Below are positions 9,996-20,003 of a stretch of 64,000 nt of DNA, in pieces (positions within the stretch are counted from its first letter, which is position 1; every line of letters starts with the position of its first letter). The notes below the pieces were generated by a model. It had not been told where the DNA came from and did not search any database. It saw only the letters and a program-made list of their open reading frames with translations. The position numbers and the translations under genes were made by a program. This DNA comes from Alphaproteobacteria bacterium (GTDB taxonomy: Bacteria; Pseudomonadota; Alphaproteobacteria; UBA2966). The stretch covers positions 2,144,001 through 2,208,000 of the forward strand of contig OZ219856.1 in assembly GCA_964291395.2 (NCBI GenBank). Direction: 5' to 3'.

Positions 9996-10667
9996 CCGTT
10001 GCCGACGCCAGATTGGAATGATGTCGCAGTGTGCGGCGTCGCTTCGGGAAACCATGGCGACCGCGGCGGTGCAATCGGACACCTCGGTCGAATTCCCAGG
10101 GGTTGCATCGTGGGCCAGGGCCGGATGCCCCAGCGTCAGCAGGCAGGCAATGAGTGCCGGTTGAAGATGTCTCATTTGTTCGCCCCCTTTCCTCGGACGA
10201 CAGTGCGCCCCAGGTCCTGAAGCCGGGAAGTCGGGATGTCATCGAGAGGGTGACGAGATACATCGCCCGGCCGGCGCAGTGCTCGCCGTCCGGTGCCTCG
10301 CCCCGTTGCCTTGAGGGCGCGCTTTTCTTTCGGGGCTACCAAGTCGGCTCGGGACAGAAGATCCCAGACAGCATGACCGACCGCGGTGATGATTTCTCTA
10401 AGGCCTCTGCGTCTGTCCAACATCGGATTGCCCGGTGACCGAGGGCTCTTGTGAATCGATGTGGAGAGGGCGTGGTACGGCTGCCAATACCGTTTTGCTG
10501 CCGGTGGTACTGATCCAAATAACGGAATCTTATGGTGTTGGATGATGGGCACGGCGGTGATGGCGAACGCTTTGGACGCTGTGGGCCGTCCGGGTGTTGA
10601 CGGGGTGCGCGCCTTCGCCAGCGGCGTCGGCAATCCGCTTCATGGAGGCAGCGCCCATATCCGTATC

Positions 10668-10730
10668 GATCAGGCCAAGCACAGGTTCTGAGAGTTCTTC
10701 ACCGCCCACGGCCGCAACTCCAACACGCGG
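10668..10730 (+). pseudogene. Tyrosine recombinase N-terminal remnant
   Basis: DQAKHRF*EFFTAHGRNSNTR resembles the RFxEFFxAxIRNxNTR start of XerD-like integrases, with an in-frame TGA. Confidence 0.55.
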
Positions 10731-11772
10731 GGTGAATCAAGTGTGCTAAAGGCCGAGGAAGGCCGCGATGCGGGATTCTGGTCACGATGCGCTTGTGCAG
10801 CGCGGCACGGTCCGTGCCTGGCGGGTCGTCGCAGACGGGGTCGTCGCCCTCTGCGGCCAGGATCTCTGGGCCCCTCGGCTTGCAAGGCGGGAGTGCAGAG
10901 AAATGCGCCGCCGGGGCCATCGTCTCGATCTCGGCATCGGGGAGCAGAGCGGCGAACCCGCTTCCCGTCTCGCTGAAATCGGTCGCTCGCAGCCGCGTTT
11001 CGGCTGAGCCGAGGCCGATCAACAGCACCCGGTCCACCAGGTCGCGCGCATGGACCCGCTTGAGGCCGTAGGTCAGCGCCGGGTCGATTGCGGCGACGGC
11101 GAGGATGCGGCCGTCCTTGCGGTTGGCGTTCCAGTCCTCGGCGGAATAGGCTTCGAGATCCGCCCCCCGTGCCGCCAGATCGGCGCATTGCCAGGGCGAG
11201 GGAGGCGCGGTTTCGCAATAGGCGGCATAGCCCTCGAGATCGGCCCGCAGCCCCCCCAGGGCGAGCGCCGTCCAACCACCGGCGGAGAAGCCGACCGCAT
11301 AGATGCGGTAAAAGTCCGCGTGGGCGGCGATCTCCGGCCGGGCGGCGAGCCAGGCGAGCGCGGCCAGAAGGTCCTGCGCCCGCGTCCAGTGCTTCAAGCC
11401 CTCCTGTAGGTCGAAGTCCCGCCACGTGCTGTTCGGATGGTTGACGGAAACGACGAGCGCGCCCGCCTCGGCGAGACCCGCGGTCAGCCAGGCGAGCGCG
11501 CCGATATGGCCGCCGAGGCCGTGGCTCGCCAGAATCACGGGGAAGGGCCCGTCCGCCATCCGGGCGCCGTCGAGGACCTGGGTGCCGTGAAACACGCCGT
11601 TCTCGCCGAACGAGACCGTCTCGCCGCCGCCGGCGGAGGGATACCAGAGCGCGCCGGACATGTTTCGCCCGTGATGCGCTGCGGGAACGGTCATGCTGCG
11701 AAACCCCGCGGGGTCCGCCAGGGCGGTCTGGGCAGCCAACAGCAGGATCGCGGCTGCCAATAGATGTCTCAT
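10699..11772 (-). CDS. Secreted alpha/beta hydrolase (dienelactone hydrolase-like); C-terminus possibly altered
   Basis: Signal peptide; LWYP, SHGLGG, GFSAGG nucleophile elbow, AHFS; tail runs into the integrase remnant. Confidence 0.85.
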   Translation of the reverse strand: MRHLLAAAILLLAAQTALADPAGFRSMTVPAAHHGRNMSGALWYPSAGGGETVSFGENGVFHGTQVLDGARMADGPFPVILASHGLGGHIGALAWLTAGLAEAGALVVSVNHPNSTWRDFDLQEGLKHWTRAQDLLAALAWLAARPEIAAHADFYRIYAVGFSAGGWTALALGGLRADLEGYAAYCETAPPSPWQCADLAARGADLEAYSAEDWNANRKDGRILAVAAIDPALTYGLKRVHARDLVDRVLLIGLGSAETRLRATDFSETGSGFAALLPDAEIETMAPAAHFSALPPCKPRGPEILAAEGDDPVCDDPPGTDRAALHKRIVTRIPHRGLPRPLAHLIHPACWSCGRGR

Positions 11773-11888
11773 CGTTTGTCTCCCGTGCCGGTCGGATCGA
11801 GCCGGATTATGCGAGTCGGAACGGGCAGGCGCGTCCTCGAACCGGTTTCAGGTCGTCCGCGATCCGGTTTTGGGTCACAAAGGGTGCC

Positions 11889-12899
11889 ATGATGCCGAGC
11901 CTGCCCCTGCCTCTCCTGTCCGCTCTCGTCCTGGCGTTCCTGCTGGCGGTCCTCCTGCTGCGCCGCGACCCGCCCGGTTTCTTCATCGCCCTCGTCGGTC
12001 TGTGCGCCGTGCAGGCGGTAATCATCGCTCTCGCGCAACATTACGGGATTGCCGCCTTCAGGGCAGTTCAGCCCGTAACGGCCGCGGCGATCCCGCCGCT
12101 CGCCTGGGCGGCCTTCCGCTTCAGCGCCGTCACACGGCCGCGCCTGCCGCACGATCTCACGCATATGGCCGGTCCCTTGCTGGCGCTCGTCGCCCTGCTG
12201 GCGATGCCGGCGTTGCTCGACCCGCTCATCCCAGCGCTCTTTCTTGGCTACGGCGGGGCGATCCTGCTGGCTGCATGGCGAGGCGCCGATGCCCTGCCGC
12301 GCCTGCCGTTCGAGGTTGGCGACACGCCCGGACTGGTCTGGAAGGTCATCGCGCTGTCGCTCATCGTGTCGGCGTTCGGGGACCTGCTGTTCGCGGCGGC
12401 GGCGCTCGGCGGCCGGGCGGACTGGCTGCCCTGGATCGTCGCCATATTGTCCTCGCTCACCCTGCTCGCGGTCGGCGGCCTTGTCCTGGTGCGGAGCCTC
12501 GCCCGGGGCGAGCGCGACCCGGCGCCGAGAGTTGCCGACATCCTCCACGACATGGAAGCGGACAAGGCGCTCATGGCCCGGCTCGACGCGCTGTTGGAAA
12601 GCCGGAGGCTCTATCTCGATCCGGAACTCACGCTAACGCGGCTGGCGCGCGTGCTCCATGTTCCGGTCAAGCGGCTCTCCGGCGCGATCAACCGGAGCAC
12701 AGGCGGCAATGTCTCCCGCCATGTCAACGGCTACAGGGTCCGCGAAGCCTGCCGAGCGCTCGAAGGAGGTGCGAGCGTGACGGACGCGATGCTGGCTTCC
12801 GGCTTCAACACAAAGAGCAATTTCAACCGGGAGTTCCACCGCGTGACCGGCCGGACGCCTTCGGCATGGCGCGATGCAGCGGTCGGGGAGAAGCGGTGA
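11889..12899 (+). CDS. Membrane-bound AraC-family regulator
   Basis: Several TM helices, then YLDPELTL...LSGAIN...GFNTKSNFNREF; divergent from the hydrolase. Confidence 0.9.
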   Translation: MMPSLPLPLLSALVLAFLLAVLLLRRDPPGFFIALVGLCAVQAVIIALAQHYGIAAFRAVQPVTAAAIPPLAWAAFRFSAVTRPRLPHDLTHMAGPLLALVALLAMPALLDPLIPALFLGYGGAILLAAWRGADALPRLPFEVGDTPGLVWKVIALSLIVSAFGDLLFAAAALGGRADWLPWIVAILSSLTLLAVGGLVLVRSLARGERDPAPRVADILHDMEADKALMARLDALLESRRLYLDPELTLTRLARVLHVPVKRLSGAINRSTGGNVSRHVNGYRVREACRALEGGASVTDAMLASGFNTKSNFNREFHRVTGRTPSAWRDAAVGEKR

Positions 12900-13008
12900 C
12901 GGCGGCGCGGAGCCGGTCCAACGACCCGCAGGTTGGCCGCTCCCCGAGGCACAATCGTTCGGAAAAGCCGTAGAACAGGCATCGGCCCGGCAACCACCTC
13001 CTCCGACG

Positions 13009-13042
13009 CCGGGCTGCTCCCGGGCGTTCGGGAGCAGCCCGG
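13009..13042. terminator. Hairpin between convergent araC and nirK
   Basis: Perfect 14-bp stem CCGGGCTGCTCCCG / CGGGAGCAGCCCGG, 6-nt loop. Confidence 0.65.
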
Positions 13043-13055
13043 ATATCGGGGCGGC

Positions 13056-14177
13056 TTACGCCGGTATCGGCGATGGGGCCTGGACCTGGGTCATCAGATC
13101 GTCGTCCCAATCCCCTTCCACGACGACGTGAGCCAGCGCTCCCAGCTCGACGGCCTCGATCAGATTGTGGGACAGATACGCGTACACGCCCGGCTGCCGG
13201 AACGTGTACAGCGCCGCGCCGGCGGAACCGCCGCGGATAAACCAGGTTTCAAGACCTTCCGCCGGAGGATCGGCGAACGAGCCCTGTTCCCAAACGTAGT
13301 CTCCATGTCCGCCGATGAGGTGCGGCCTGGAGTCCCGGTTGGCCTGGGAGTGGATGAACAACACGGACTCGCCAACCTTGGCCGTCATCGCGCCGTCACC
13401 GGTGAGCGCCCCGACCTTGCCGTTCAGCACCACGTGCGACGGAGTGAGCGTGCGCATCACGTCGAAGACGTCGACCATCGCCTCGGTGTGCGTCTCGTAC
13501 GATTTGAATTCGCCCTCGGCGTCCCGGGGAACGTAGAAATCCTGCTCGCCGATATAGTAGGCCTTGTCATAGCGGACAGCATTGCCATGGCGGTCCTTGA
13601 GCCCATCCCTGGGCAACACCATGACCGCTCCGCTCATGCCGGACACGACATGAAAGGGGATCATCGATCCCCCCGGCGCACAGTGATAGATGAAGGTGCC
13701 CGTCTTGACGGCCTTCCAGCGGAGCATGACCTGTTCACCCGGCTGGACAAGCGTGAGGCCGCCACCGCCGAGGGCACCCGTCGACGCGTGGAAGTCGATA
13801 TTGTGCTCCAGTTCGTTTCCCGCCGGGTTCTTCAGGGTGAGCTCGATGTAGTCGCCCTCGTGGCAGACCATCAACGGCCCCGGGATCGAACCATTGAACG
13901 ACAGCGCGTTGACCATGGTTCCGTTGTCGTCGATCTCCCTGTTGTCCTCATGGACGGTGAGCTCCACCTCGATGATCTTGGGGCCGTCCATGGAGGTCTG
14001 CTCGTGGGCCGGCGCGAAAGGCGGGGCGACGAGCTCCTGCCTGACCCGCGGCAGGCCGCTGAGGTCTGCCTTGGCCGCGGCATCGCTCTTCGCGGCCACC
14101 AACATGGGGCTCATGGCGGACACCGCGCCCAGCGTGCCGCCGGCCTTCAGAACCTGACGCCTGTTCAGCTGTAGCAT
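13056..14177 (-). CDS. nirK: Copper-containing nitrite reductase
   Basis: Tat signal (NRRQVLK), [15 protein letters not shown]...[23 protein letters not shown]; GGAGG RBS. Confidence 0.97.
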   Translation of the reverse strand: MLQLNRRQVLKAGGTLGAVSAMSPMLVAAKSDAAAKADLSGLPRVRQELVAPPFAPAHEQTSMDGPKIIEVELTVHEDNREIDDNGTMVNALSFNGSIPGPLMVCHEGDYIELTLKNPAGNELEHNIDFHASTGALGGGGLTLVQPGEQVMLRWKAVKTGTFIYHCAPGGSMIPFHVVSGMSGAVMVLPRDGLKDRHGNAVRYDKAYYIGEQDFYVPRDAEGEFKSYETHTEAMVDVFDVMRTLTPSHVVLNGKVGALTGDGAMTAKVGESVLFIHSQANRDSRPHLIGGHGDYVWEQGSFADPPAEGLETWFIRGGSAGAALYTFRQPGVYAYLSHNLIEAVELGALAHVVVEGDWDDDLMTQVQAPSPIPA

Positions 14178-14307
14178 GGGTCATACCTCCTGTCTGCTGT
14201 TGTCTCGTGGCTTGGGTTCGATGCACCCGGACGCGGGTCGCCTCTACAGCCGGTGCGTTCGACGGCCCGCGCAGACGGGGTGTCGGAAGAAATATTCTGA
14301 ATGAAGG

Positions 14308-14321
14308 TTGCAGAGGGTCAA
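14308..14321. promoter_or_regulatory. FNR/NnrR/DNR-type box upstream of nirK
   Basis: TTGACCCTCTGCAA on the minus strand (TTG-N8-CAA), ~130 nt upstream of the start. Confidence 0.6.
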
Positions 14322-14418
14322 GCAGGAACCGCACCCCCGGCAGGCCCGCTCCAGGTGGGAGAGGACGAAACCGGACCCAAATGATGAGAGCGGTGGAGAA
14401 CTCCCGGAACCTGCCCTC

Positions 14419-14481
14419 GCGCATCCACATCTGAGCGGCAAGCACCACCCAAGGTTTTGTTATGCAGATCAGAAGGTATCG
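14419..14481 (+). repeat. 63-bp direct repeat, copy 2
   Basis: Matches 4310-4372; also encodes RIHI*; abuts the stop codon of the DUF3047 gene. Confidence 0.9.
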
Positions 14482-15186
14482 TCAGTCTCCGGAGCCGGAA
14501 ACGGCCAGCTCGCCGCAGCCTGCCGGGTGGAGGACGATATCGCCATACCAGGCCCGGGCTCTGAGCCCGCTGTTGTCGGAATCGGTCATGATCGCGACCC
14601 CCTCGAGCCGGTCCACCTCCCGCCCGAACAGGCGAAGGAAATCGGCCTGCACGTTCCTCCTGTGCGTCCGCCACGTCCCCGCGTCCCGGTTGCCGGAATC
14701 GAGCGCCAGCATCATCACCCGCGGGGTGAAGGGGTTGGGCCAGGAGTCGCCTGCCGCCGCCTGCCCGGCCCAGACATAGCTGATCGCAATCGGCGATCCC
14801 ATCAATCCCCGGCCGGGCGCAACCACGTAGAGGCGGGCCGCAAAGTCATCCCCGCCCCTGCTTCGCTCGTCCGCCACCGCCGGGGTCCCCGCGATACGCC
14901 AGCTCCACTCCAGCACGGGCCTTGCCGCGAGATCGATCTCCCGTTCGAGGTAGAGGCTCGAGGCGGAAGAGACGCTGTCGCCCTCGAGTACCAGCCGCCC
15001 GTCCAACTCCATGATCCGGTAGCTGGTCTCGCCCTCGAAGGCACGCGTCTGCCAGCCTTCGGTGATGCCGGCCGAGAACCGGCCCAGCGCCAGCGGTTCA
15101 GCCCGAGCCAGTGGTTCAGCCCGAGCAAGCGGCACGGCAAGGAGGATCGCCATCGACGCGGACAGGCAGCGTTTCACCCAACCCAT
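14482..15186 (-). CDS. DUF3047 domain protein (secreted)
   Basis: PVLEWSWRI...ERSRGGDDFAARLYVV...ISYVWA...DFLRLFG...VAIMTDSDNSG; 18-bp tandem duplication (PLARAE x2) at 15089-15124. Confidence 0.85.
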   Translation of the reverse strand: MGWVKRCLSASMAILLAVPLARAEPLARAEPLALGRFSAGITEGWQTRAFEGETSYRIMELDGRLVLEGDSVSSASSLYLEREIDLAARPVLEWSWRIAGTPAVADERSRGGDDFAARLYVVAPGRGLMGSPIAISYVWAGQAAAGDSWPNPFTPRVMMLALDSGNRDAGTWRTHRRNVQADFLRLFGREVDRLEGVAIMTDSDNSGLRARAWYGDIVLHPAGCGELAVSGSGD

Positions 15187-15209
15187 GCGGGCTGCCTCGC
15201 CGTCCGGCT

Positions 15210-15407
15210 TCAGGCGGCGACGGGCTCGACGCACCGCGGACCGTCGGCGGCGGGCTTGTTGACCAGGGTGCTCACGGGATGGGCGGTCATCGCGTCCGCC
15301 GGTACGGGCCGAGCGGCACACGCCGCGACGTCCAACATGTACGGGACCGCCGGATGCTCGTTGCCTTCGTCGTCCGACTTGCCCGGCCAATCGAAAATGG
15401 AGTCCAC
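15210..15407 (-). pseudogene. Possible cas3 (HD nuclease) N-terminal stub
   Basis: GGAGGG RBS, GTG, then MDSIFDWPGKSDDEGNEHPAVPYMLDVAACA, resembling the WxK...HP..HMLDVAA start of type I-E Cas3. Confidence 0.55.
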
Positions 15408-15614
15408 CCTGCCCTCCCCGTTCGGTGACCGCTGCCCGGCGCATGATACCGCCTTATGTGACTTGGGACGCGGCCCCGACGGATACGCCCGCCACCTCTC
15501 CTCGTTCATATTCATAGGTAGAGGATCGGCTCCTTGCGGGCATAATAGATACCCTCGGCGTGCTAGACTGGCATCCGGATATCCTAGTTCCAGGCGACGC
15601 CACGCGAGCCGACC

Positions 15615-16388
15615 ATGACGACGATCACGCCGATCCGGAAGGCGCCAGACCGGCCGGATGAACTCAGCGAACGGGACGTGCGGGTCGACCTCGCCGCGTG
15701 TTACCGCCTGATCGCCCACTTCGGCATGGACGATCTGGTCTATTCCCATATCACGGCGCGCGTGCCGGGCGCCCGGAACCTGTATCTCCTGAACCCGTAC
15801 GGATTGATGTATTCCGAGATCACGGCCTCGAGCCTGGTCAAAGTCGATGACGACGGCAATCCAGCCGAGCCGACGGACCATCCGGTCAACCGGCCGGGCT
15901 TCGTCGTCATCCACGGTGCCGTGCATCGGGCCCGTCCCGACGTCGCCTGCGTGCTGCACTGTCACTCGCACGCCGCGACCGCCGTGTCGTGCCTCGAGGA
16001 AGGCCTCCTGCCCCTCACGCAGGGAGCGCTTCAGTTCTACGACCGGGTCGCCTACCACACGTACGAGAGCATGGCCTTCGACGACGACCAGAGCGCCCGG
16101 CTGGTCGCGGATCTCGGCGACAAACAGGTGATGCTGATGCGCAACCACGGTCAGCTGACGGCAGGCAGGACCGTGGCCGAGGCGTTTTCGCTGGCCTATT
16201 TCCTCGAGGAGGCCTGCCGCCTCCAGCTCGAGATCATGCAATCCGGCGGGCAGATGATCCTGATGTCGGATGAGGTCGGAAAGCGGGTCGCCGAGCAATA
16301 CGAGAAACAGGTCGTGCCGGCGGAAGAACGGGAATGGCCCGCCCTCCTCCGCCTGCTCGACCGTATCGATCCGAGCTTCCGGGACTGA
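15615..16388 (+). CDS. Class II aldolase/adducin family protein
   Basis: RVDLAACYRL, YSHITAR, IHGAVH...LHCHS, MRNHG. Confidence 0.93.
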   Translation: MTTITPIRKAPDRPDELSERDVRVDLAACYRLIAHFGMDDLVYSHITARVPGARNLYLLNPYGLMYSEITASSLVKVDDDGNPAEPTDHPVNRPGFVVIHGAVHRARPDVACVLHCHSHAATAVSCLEEGLLPLTQGALQFYDRVAYHTYESMAFDDDQSARLVADLGDKQVMLMRNHGQLTAGRTVAEAFSLAYFLEEACRLQLEIMQSGGQMILMSDEVGKRVAEQYEKQVVPAEEREWPALLRLLDRIDPSFRD

Positions 16389-16591
16389 GGGGCGCAACCC
16401 GGATTTTTCACGAACAGGGGGCACATCGAAGCTCCGCTGCCGGAGCGTTTGCGGGCGCGGCGTGCAGACGGCGCGCCGTCAGCCACCGTGCCCAGGCGGC
16501 ATACTCCGGCGTGAAATCAACTCCGCGATGATGCGGCGCAGACGGTCCACCGGCATTTCCCGGTGCCGCACGCCCGCCTCGCGGCTGACCG

Positions 16592-17404
16592 CTAGGCACC
16601 ACGTACGGGCGCCAGGTGAAACCAGCCGGAATAAGCCATATAGGTTCCGATGAGCAGGATCAGCGCACCGGACACGTAGGGGGTTGACGCAAGGAACCGG
16701 CCTGCTCCCGAAAATCGCTTCGATGCGTAGCGGAGTCCGAGGACCGCAGTCATGCCGACCGCGACCAGCGTGACCGCAAGGCCGATCGAGAACGACGCGA
16801 CCATGCCGACGCCGAGCCAGAACTGCCCGATCCCGAGACAGAGCAGCAGCACGGTGATCGCGGCCGGGCACGGAATCAGCCCGCCGACCAGCCCGAAACC
16901 GACGGTCTGCAGACTGGTTGCCTTGCCGTCGGCGAATCGGGTCTCGATCTCGCGGGCATGCGCGCGGGCGTGAGCGTCGTCGTCATGATCATGATGCCGG
17001 TAGCCGTGGTGATCGTGGTGACGATGGTGGCCGTGACGGTGTCCGCCGCGCGCGCGGGCACCGGCACGGCCGTAGGCCCGCCAGAGCATGTAAAGGCCGA
17101 CGACCATGACGATCGCGCCGGAGCCCGCGATGAAATACGGCTCCAGCTTCTCGCCGATCAGCTCGTCCCCGTAGGTCAGAGCCAGCACCGCCAGCACCCA
17201 GACGATGATGCTGTGCGAGAACGCGGCGGAGACGCCGAGCAGGAGCGCCTGCAGCGGCGTTCCGCGGACCGCGACGATGAATGCGCCCATCATGGTCTTG
17301 GAGTGACCCGGCTCGAGGCCGTGAAGCGATCCCAACACCAGGCCGATGGCGGCCAGATACAGGAACGATGTCGAACCTTCCTGGATCAGGGAAATGAGAT
17401 CGAT
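16592..17404 (-). CDS. rcnA: Ni/Co efflux transporter RcnA family (start codon uncertain)
   Basis: LHGLEPGHSKTMM, His-rich loop, DAHARAHA, GGLIPCPAA; RBS-aligned start is ATC. Confidence 0.87.
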   Translation of the reverse strand: MDLISLIQEGSTSFLYLAAIGLVLGSLHGLEPGHSKTMMGAFIVAVRGTPLQALLLGVSAAFSHSIIVWVLAVLALTYGDELIGEKLEPYFIAGSGAIVMVVGLYMLWRAYGRAGARARGGHRHGHHRHHDHHGYRHHDHDDDAHARAHAREIETRFADGKATSLQTVGFGLVGGLIPCPAAITVLLLCLGIGQFWLGVGMVASFSIGLAVTLVAVGMTAVLGLRYASKRFSGAGRFLASTPYVSGALILLIGTYMAYSGWFHLAPVRGA

Positions 17405-17444
17405 GGGGCCGGCTCCCTGGCTTCAGAGATACTTGGTGGAGCGC

Positions 17445-18461
17445 TTAAGTGGCCAACAGCTCCTTCAGCGAATCGTCGATGAACCTGGTGTCGGCGCCGG
17501 TGGGGTCCTTGCCACCGCCCGCGTAATGTCCCCACAACGACGGAATGGGACGAAACTCGGCATTCGGAATGTGTTCGGCTTCGTACTCACCGTCTTCCGG
17601 CGGGAAATACATGTCGGTCTGGCCGGGCATCACGTAGGTCCTGGCGGTGATGGCGCCGAGCGCCTTTTCGAAGTCGCCGCCGAAGGTGTCGTTGGCGCTG
17701 AGGTCCGCCTGCTGCCAAGTGTCGATCATGGCGAGGAGATCGTTCGGCTCCCGCTGGAGAAACATTCCCTCCCAATAGGCAATGAGGAAATCGTCGAGGG
17801 AGGAATAGCCGAGCGACTTGTACATCTCCTTGCGGTACCACGTTTGACAGAGCGCCCAGCCTGCCCATACGCGACCCATGGCCCGCAAGCCGGTCAGCGG
17901 CGGCTTCTCGTACCAGCCGTTCTCGAACGCCACATCCGCCGTCAACGCCGCCTTCACCCCTTCGAGAAAGACAAAATTGTGCCTGGCACACCGAGCGGCG
18001 CCCGCAAGCGGGGCCAACCGTTCCACCATGTCGGGGAAGAGGCAGGCCCACTGGTAAACCTGTTCCGCGCCCATCGACCAACCGACGGCGAGCGCGATCT
18101 TCTTCACGCCGAGCACTTCCGTCATCAGCCGGTGCTGCTGGATGACGTTGTCGTAGATGGTCACGCGCGGAAACCTCGGACCGTTGAACGGCGCCGGCGT
18201 GTTCGACGGCGACGAGGACATTCCGTTGCCGAACTTGTTGGGCACGACGATGAAATACCTCGACGGATCGAGCGCCATCCCCTCGCCGATAAGAAACTCA
18301 TTGTCGACGTGAGTGCCGCCGTAGCGCGTCGGGTAGACGATGGCGTTGGTCCCCTCGGCGTTCAGGGTACCGTAGGTCTTGTAAGCGACCCTGGCGTCCC
18401 GCAGCGTGATGTCGTTCTGCAGAACGATGTCGCCCGCCTCGAAGACCTCATGGCGGCTCAT
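17445..18461 (-). CDS. MetX-like (homoserine O-acetyltransferase fold) alpha/beta hydrolase
   Basis: AYKTYGTLN, FGNGMSSSPSNT, GWSMG, DMYFPPED, WGHYAG. Confidence 0.88.
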   Translation of the reverse strand: MSRHEVFEAGDIVLQNDITLRDARVAYKTYGTLNAEGTNAIVYPTRYGGTHVDNEFLIGEGMALDPSRYFIVVPNKFGNGMSSSPSNTPAPFNGPRFPRVTIYDNVIQQHRLMTEVLGVKKIALAVGWSMGAEQVYQWACLFPDMVERLAPLAGAARCARHNFVFLEGVKAALTADVAFENGWYEKPPLTGLRAMGRVWAGWALCQTWYRKEMYKSLGYSSLDDFLIAYWEGMFLQREPNDLLAMIDTWQQADLSANDTFGGDFEKALGAITARTYVMPGQTDMYFPPEDGEYEAEHIPNAEFRPIPSLWGHYAGGGKDPTGADTRFIDDSLKELLAT

Positions 18462-18480
18462 CGGACGGCTCCGTACCGCA

Positions 18481-19914
18481 CTAGAAGAATCTCAGGTATT
18501 CCCGGACCTCCCACTCGGTGATGTATTCGTGGAAGCGATCCCACTCGTCGTGCTTGTAGCGACTGTAGCAGTCGTGCATGGTCGCACCCAGAATCCGCTT
18601 CGCCAGCGGATCCTTGTCGAACGCCTCGATCGCGTGCTTCAGCGTCTTGGGCAGCGGCCGGATGCCGTACTTCTTCCACTTCTTCTCCGGCACGTCGTAC
18701 AGCGTCTCGTTGGTCGGCGGCCCGAGCGGCTCCAGCTTCTGCTCCATGCCCTCCAGGGCACATGCGGCCGTCATGGTCAAGCCGAAGTAGAAGTTCATGG
18801 TCATGTCGCAGGCCCGGTTCTCGATCGCCTTGCGATTCTGCGGCATGCGCAACATGGCCGAACGGTTGTTCATGCCGTAGGACACATGCGTCGGCGCCCA
18901 GGTCAGCACGCCGCCCTCGAAGCCCCGGGCCGTTCCGATAAACCCCGTGTAGGAGTTGACCGTCGGGCAGGTCATCGCCGTCAGCGCCTCGCCGTGCTTC
19001 ATGATGCCGGCGACGGCATTCCAGACGACGTCCTCCCAGGGCCCGCCTCGCTCGCCGAACAGGTTGACGCCCGGCTTCTCGACGTCCTGGGCGCTGAAAT
19101 TGACGTGCGCCCCGTTACGCCAGTCGCCCTGAGTCGGCTTGGGCATGAACGTGACGAACATGCCGTGTTTCTTGGCAATCTCCTTCAGGATCATGCGCAG
19201 CAGCGTCAGGCGGTCGGCGGACGCCACGAGATCGGTGTAACCGAAGTCCAGCTCGAACTGGGAGTAGGCACCCTCGGCGACCGTATCGTGCAGGTCCCAG
19301 TCCAACTCGATGAGAATGTCGATGATTTCGCGGATGTAGGGAAGCGAATCGATCGACGCTTCGGTGTCGTAGCCCCAGGCCTGACGCGCGGGGCGGACGC
19401 CGCCCGTCGAGGGATGAGGATCAGTGTCGAACGCCTTCACCGGCTGTCCGAACTCATCGTATTTCATGACGATGAATTCCGGCTCGAACCCCGCCATGAA
19501 CCGGTAGCCGGCGTCGGCCGCCACCTGAACCTGGCGCTTCAGGGCAAGACGCGGGCAGACGTCGTACGGCTCCCCCTCCAAGTAGAGGTCGGCGAACATC
19601 CAGGCGCAGGACCGGTCCCACGGGCAGATGACCAGGCTGTCGAGGTCGGGAATGGGAATCTGGTCGGGATCCGCCGGGCCCCTCTCCGGCACCATGGAAA
19701 CCGAGTGGACGGCAAACTGCGGGCCCCGCCCTTCGCACCATTCTTTCAGCTCGCCCAGGGGCGTCGGCTTGGTCTTGGGCTGCCCGAGCAGATCGATCCA
19801 GTTGACCAGCAGGTACTTGACGCCCTTCGACTCGAGCTCCCTGCGCACTTCCTCGACCCGCTTGGGGTCGGGAATCGCCTCTTCCATCGAGGCCGGATAA
19901 ATCCTGTCCGCCAT
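18481..19914 (-). CDS. Glutamine synthetase-family ligase (GlnT / gamma-glutamylmethylamide synthetase-like)
   Basis: GFEPEF, QFELDF, TFMPKP, NGAHVNFS, NRSAMLR, IENRACD. Confidence 0.88.
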   Translation of the reverse strand: MADRIYPASMEEAIPDPKRVEEVRRELESKGVKYLLVNWIDLLGQPKTKPTPLGELKEWCEGRGPQFAVHSVSMVPERGPADPDQIPIPDLDSLVICPWDRSCAWMFADLYLEGEPYDVCPRLALKRQVQVAADAGYRFMAGFEPEFIVMKYDEFGQPVKAFDTDPHPSTGGVRPARQAWGYDTEASIDSLPYIREIIDILIELDWDLHDTVAEGAYSQFELDFGYTDLVASADRLTLLRMILKEIAKKHGMFVTFMPKPTQGDWRNGAHVNFSAQDVEKPGVNLFGERGGPWEDVVWNAVAGIMKHGEALTAMTCPTVNSYTGFIGTARGFEGGVLTWAPTHVSYGMNNRSAMLRMPQNRKAIENRACDMTMNFYFGLTMTAACALEGMEQKLEPLGPPTNETLYDVPEKKWKKYGIRPLPKTLKHAIEAFDKDPLAKRILGATMHDCYSRYKHDEWDRFHEYITEWEVREYLRFF

Positions 19915-20003
19915 AATCTCCCCGTTGCTTGATGCCGACGGCTTTCCTCGCGTGACCTCTTTATTCCAGCTTGGCCGCGTCCGGGTCAAATCCTGAAAAC
20001 GGC

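Noticed and set aside
8986-10263. 425-aa ORF as a full-length AraC
   Set aside because: Only the central ~110 aa are AraC-like; the rest overlaps the STAS gene in another frame
15089-15132. 18-bp tandem duplication in the DUF3047 signal region
   Set aside because: In-frame slippage, two full copies only; not CRISPR-like
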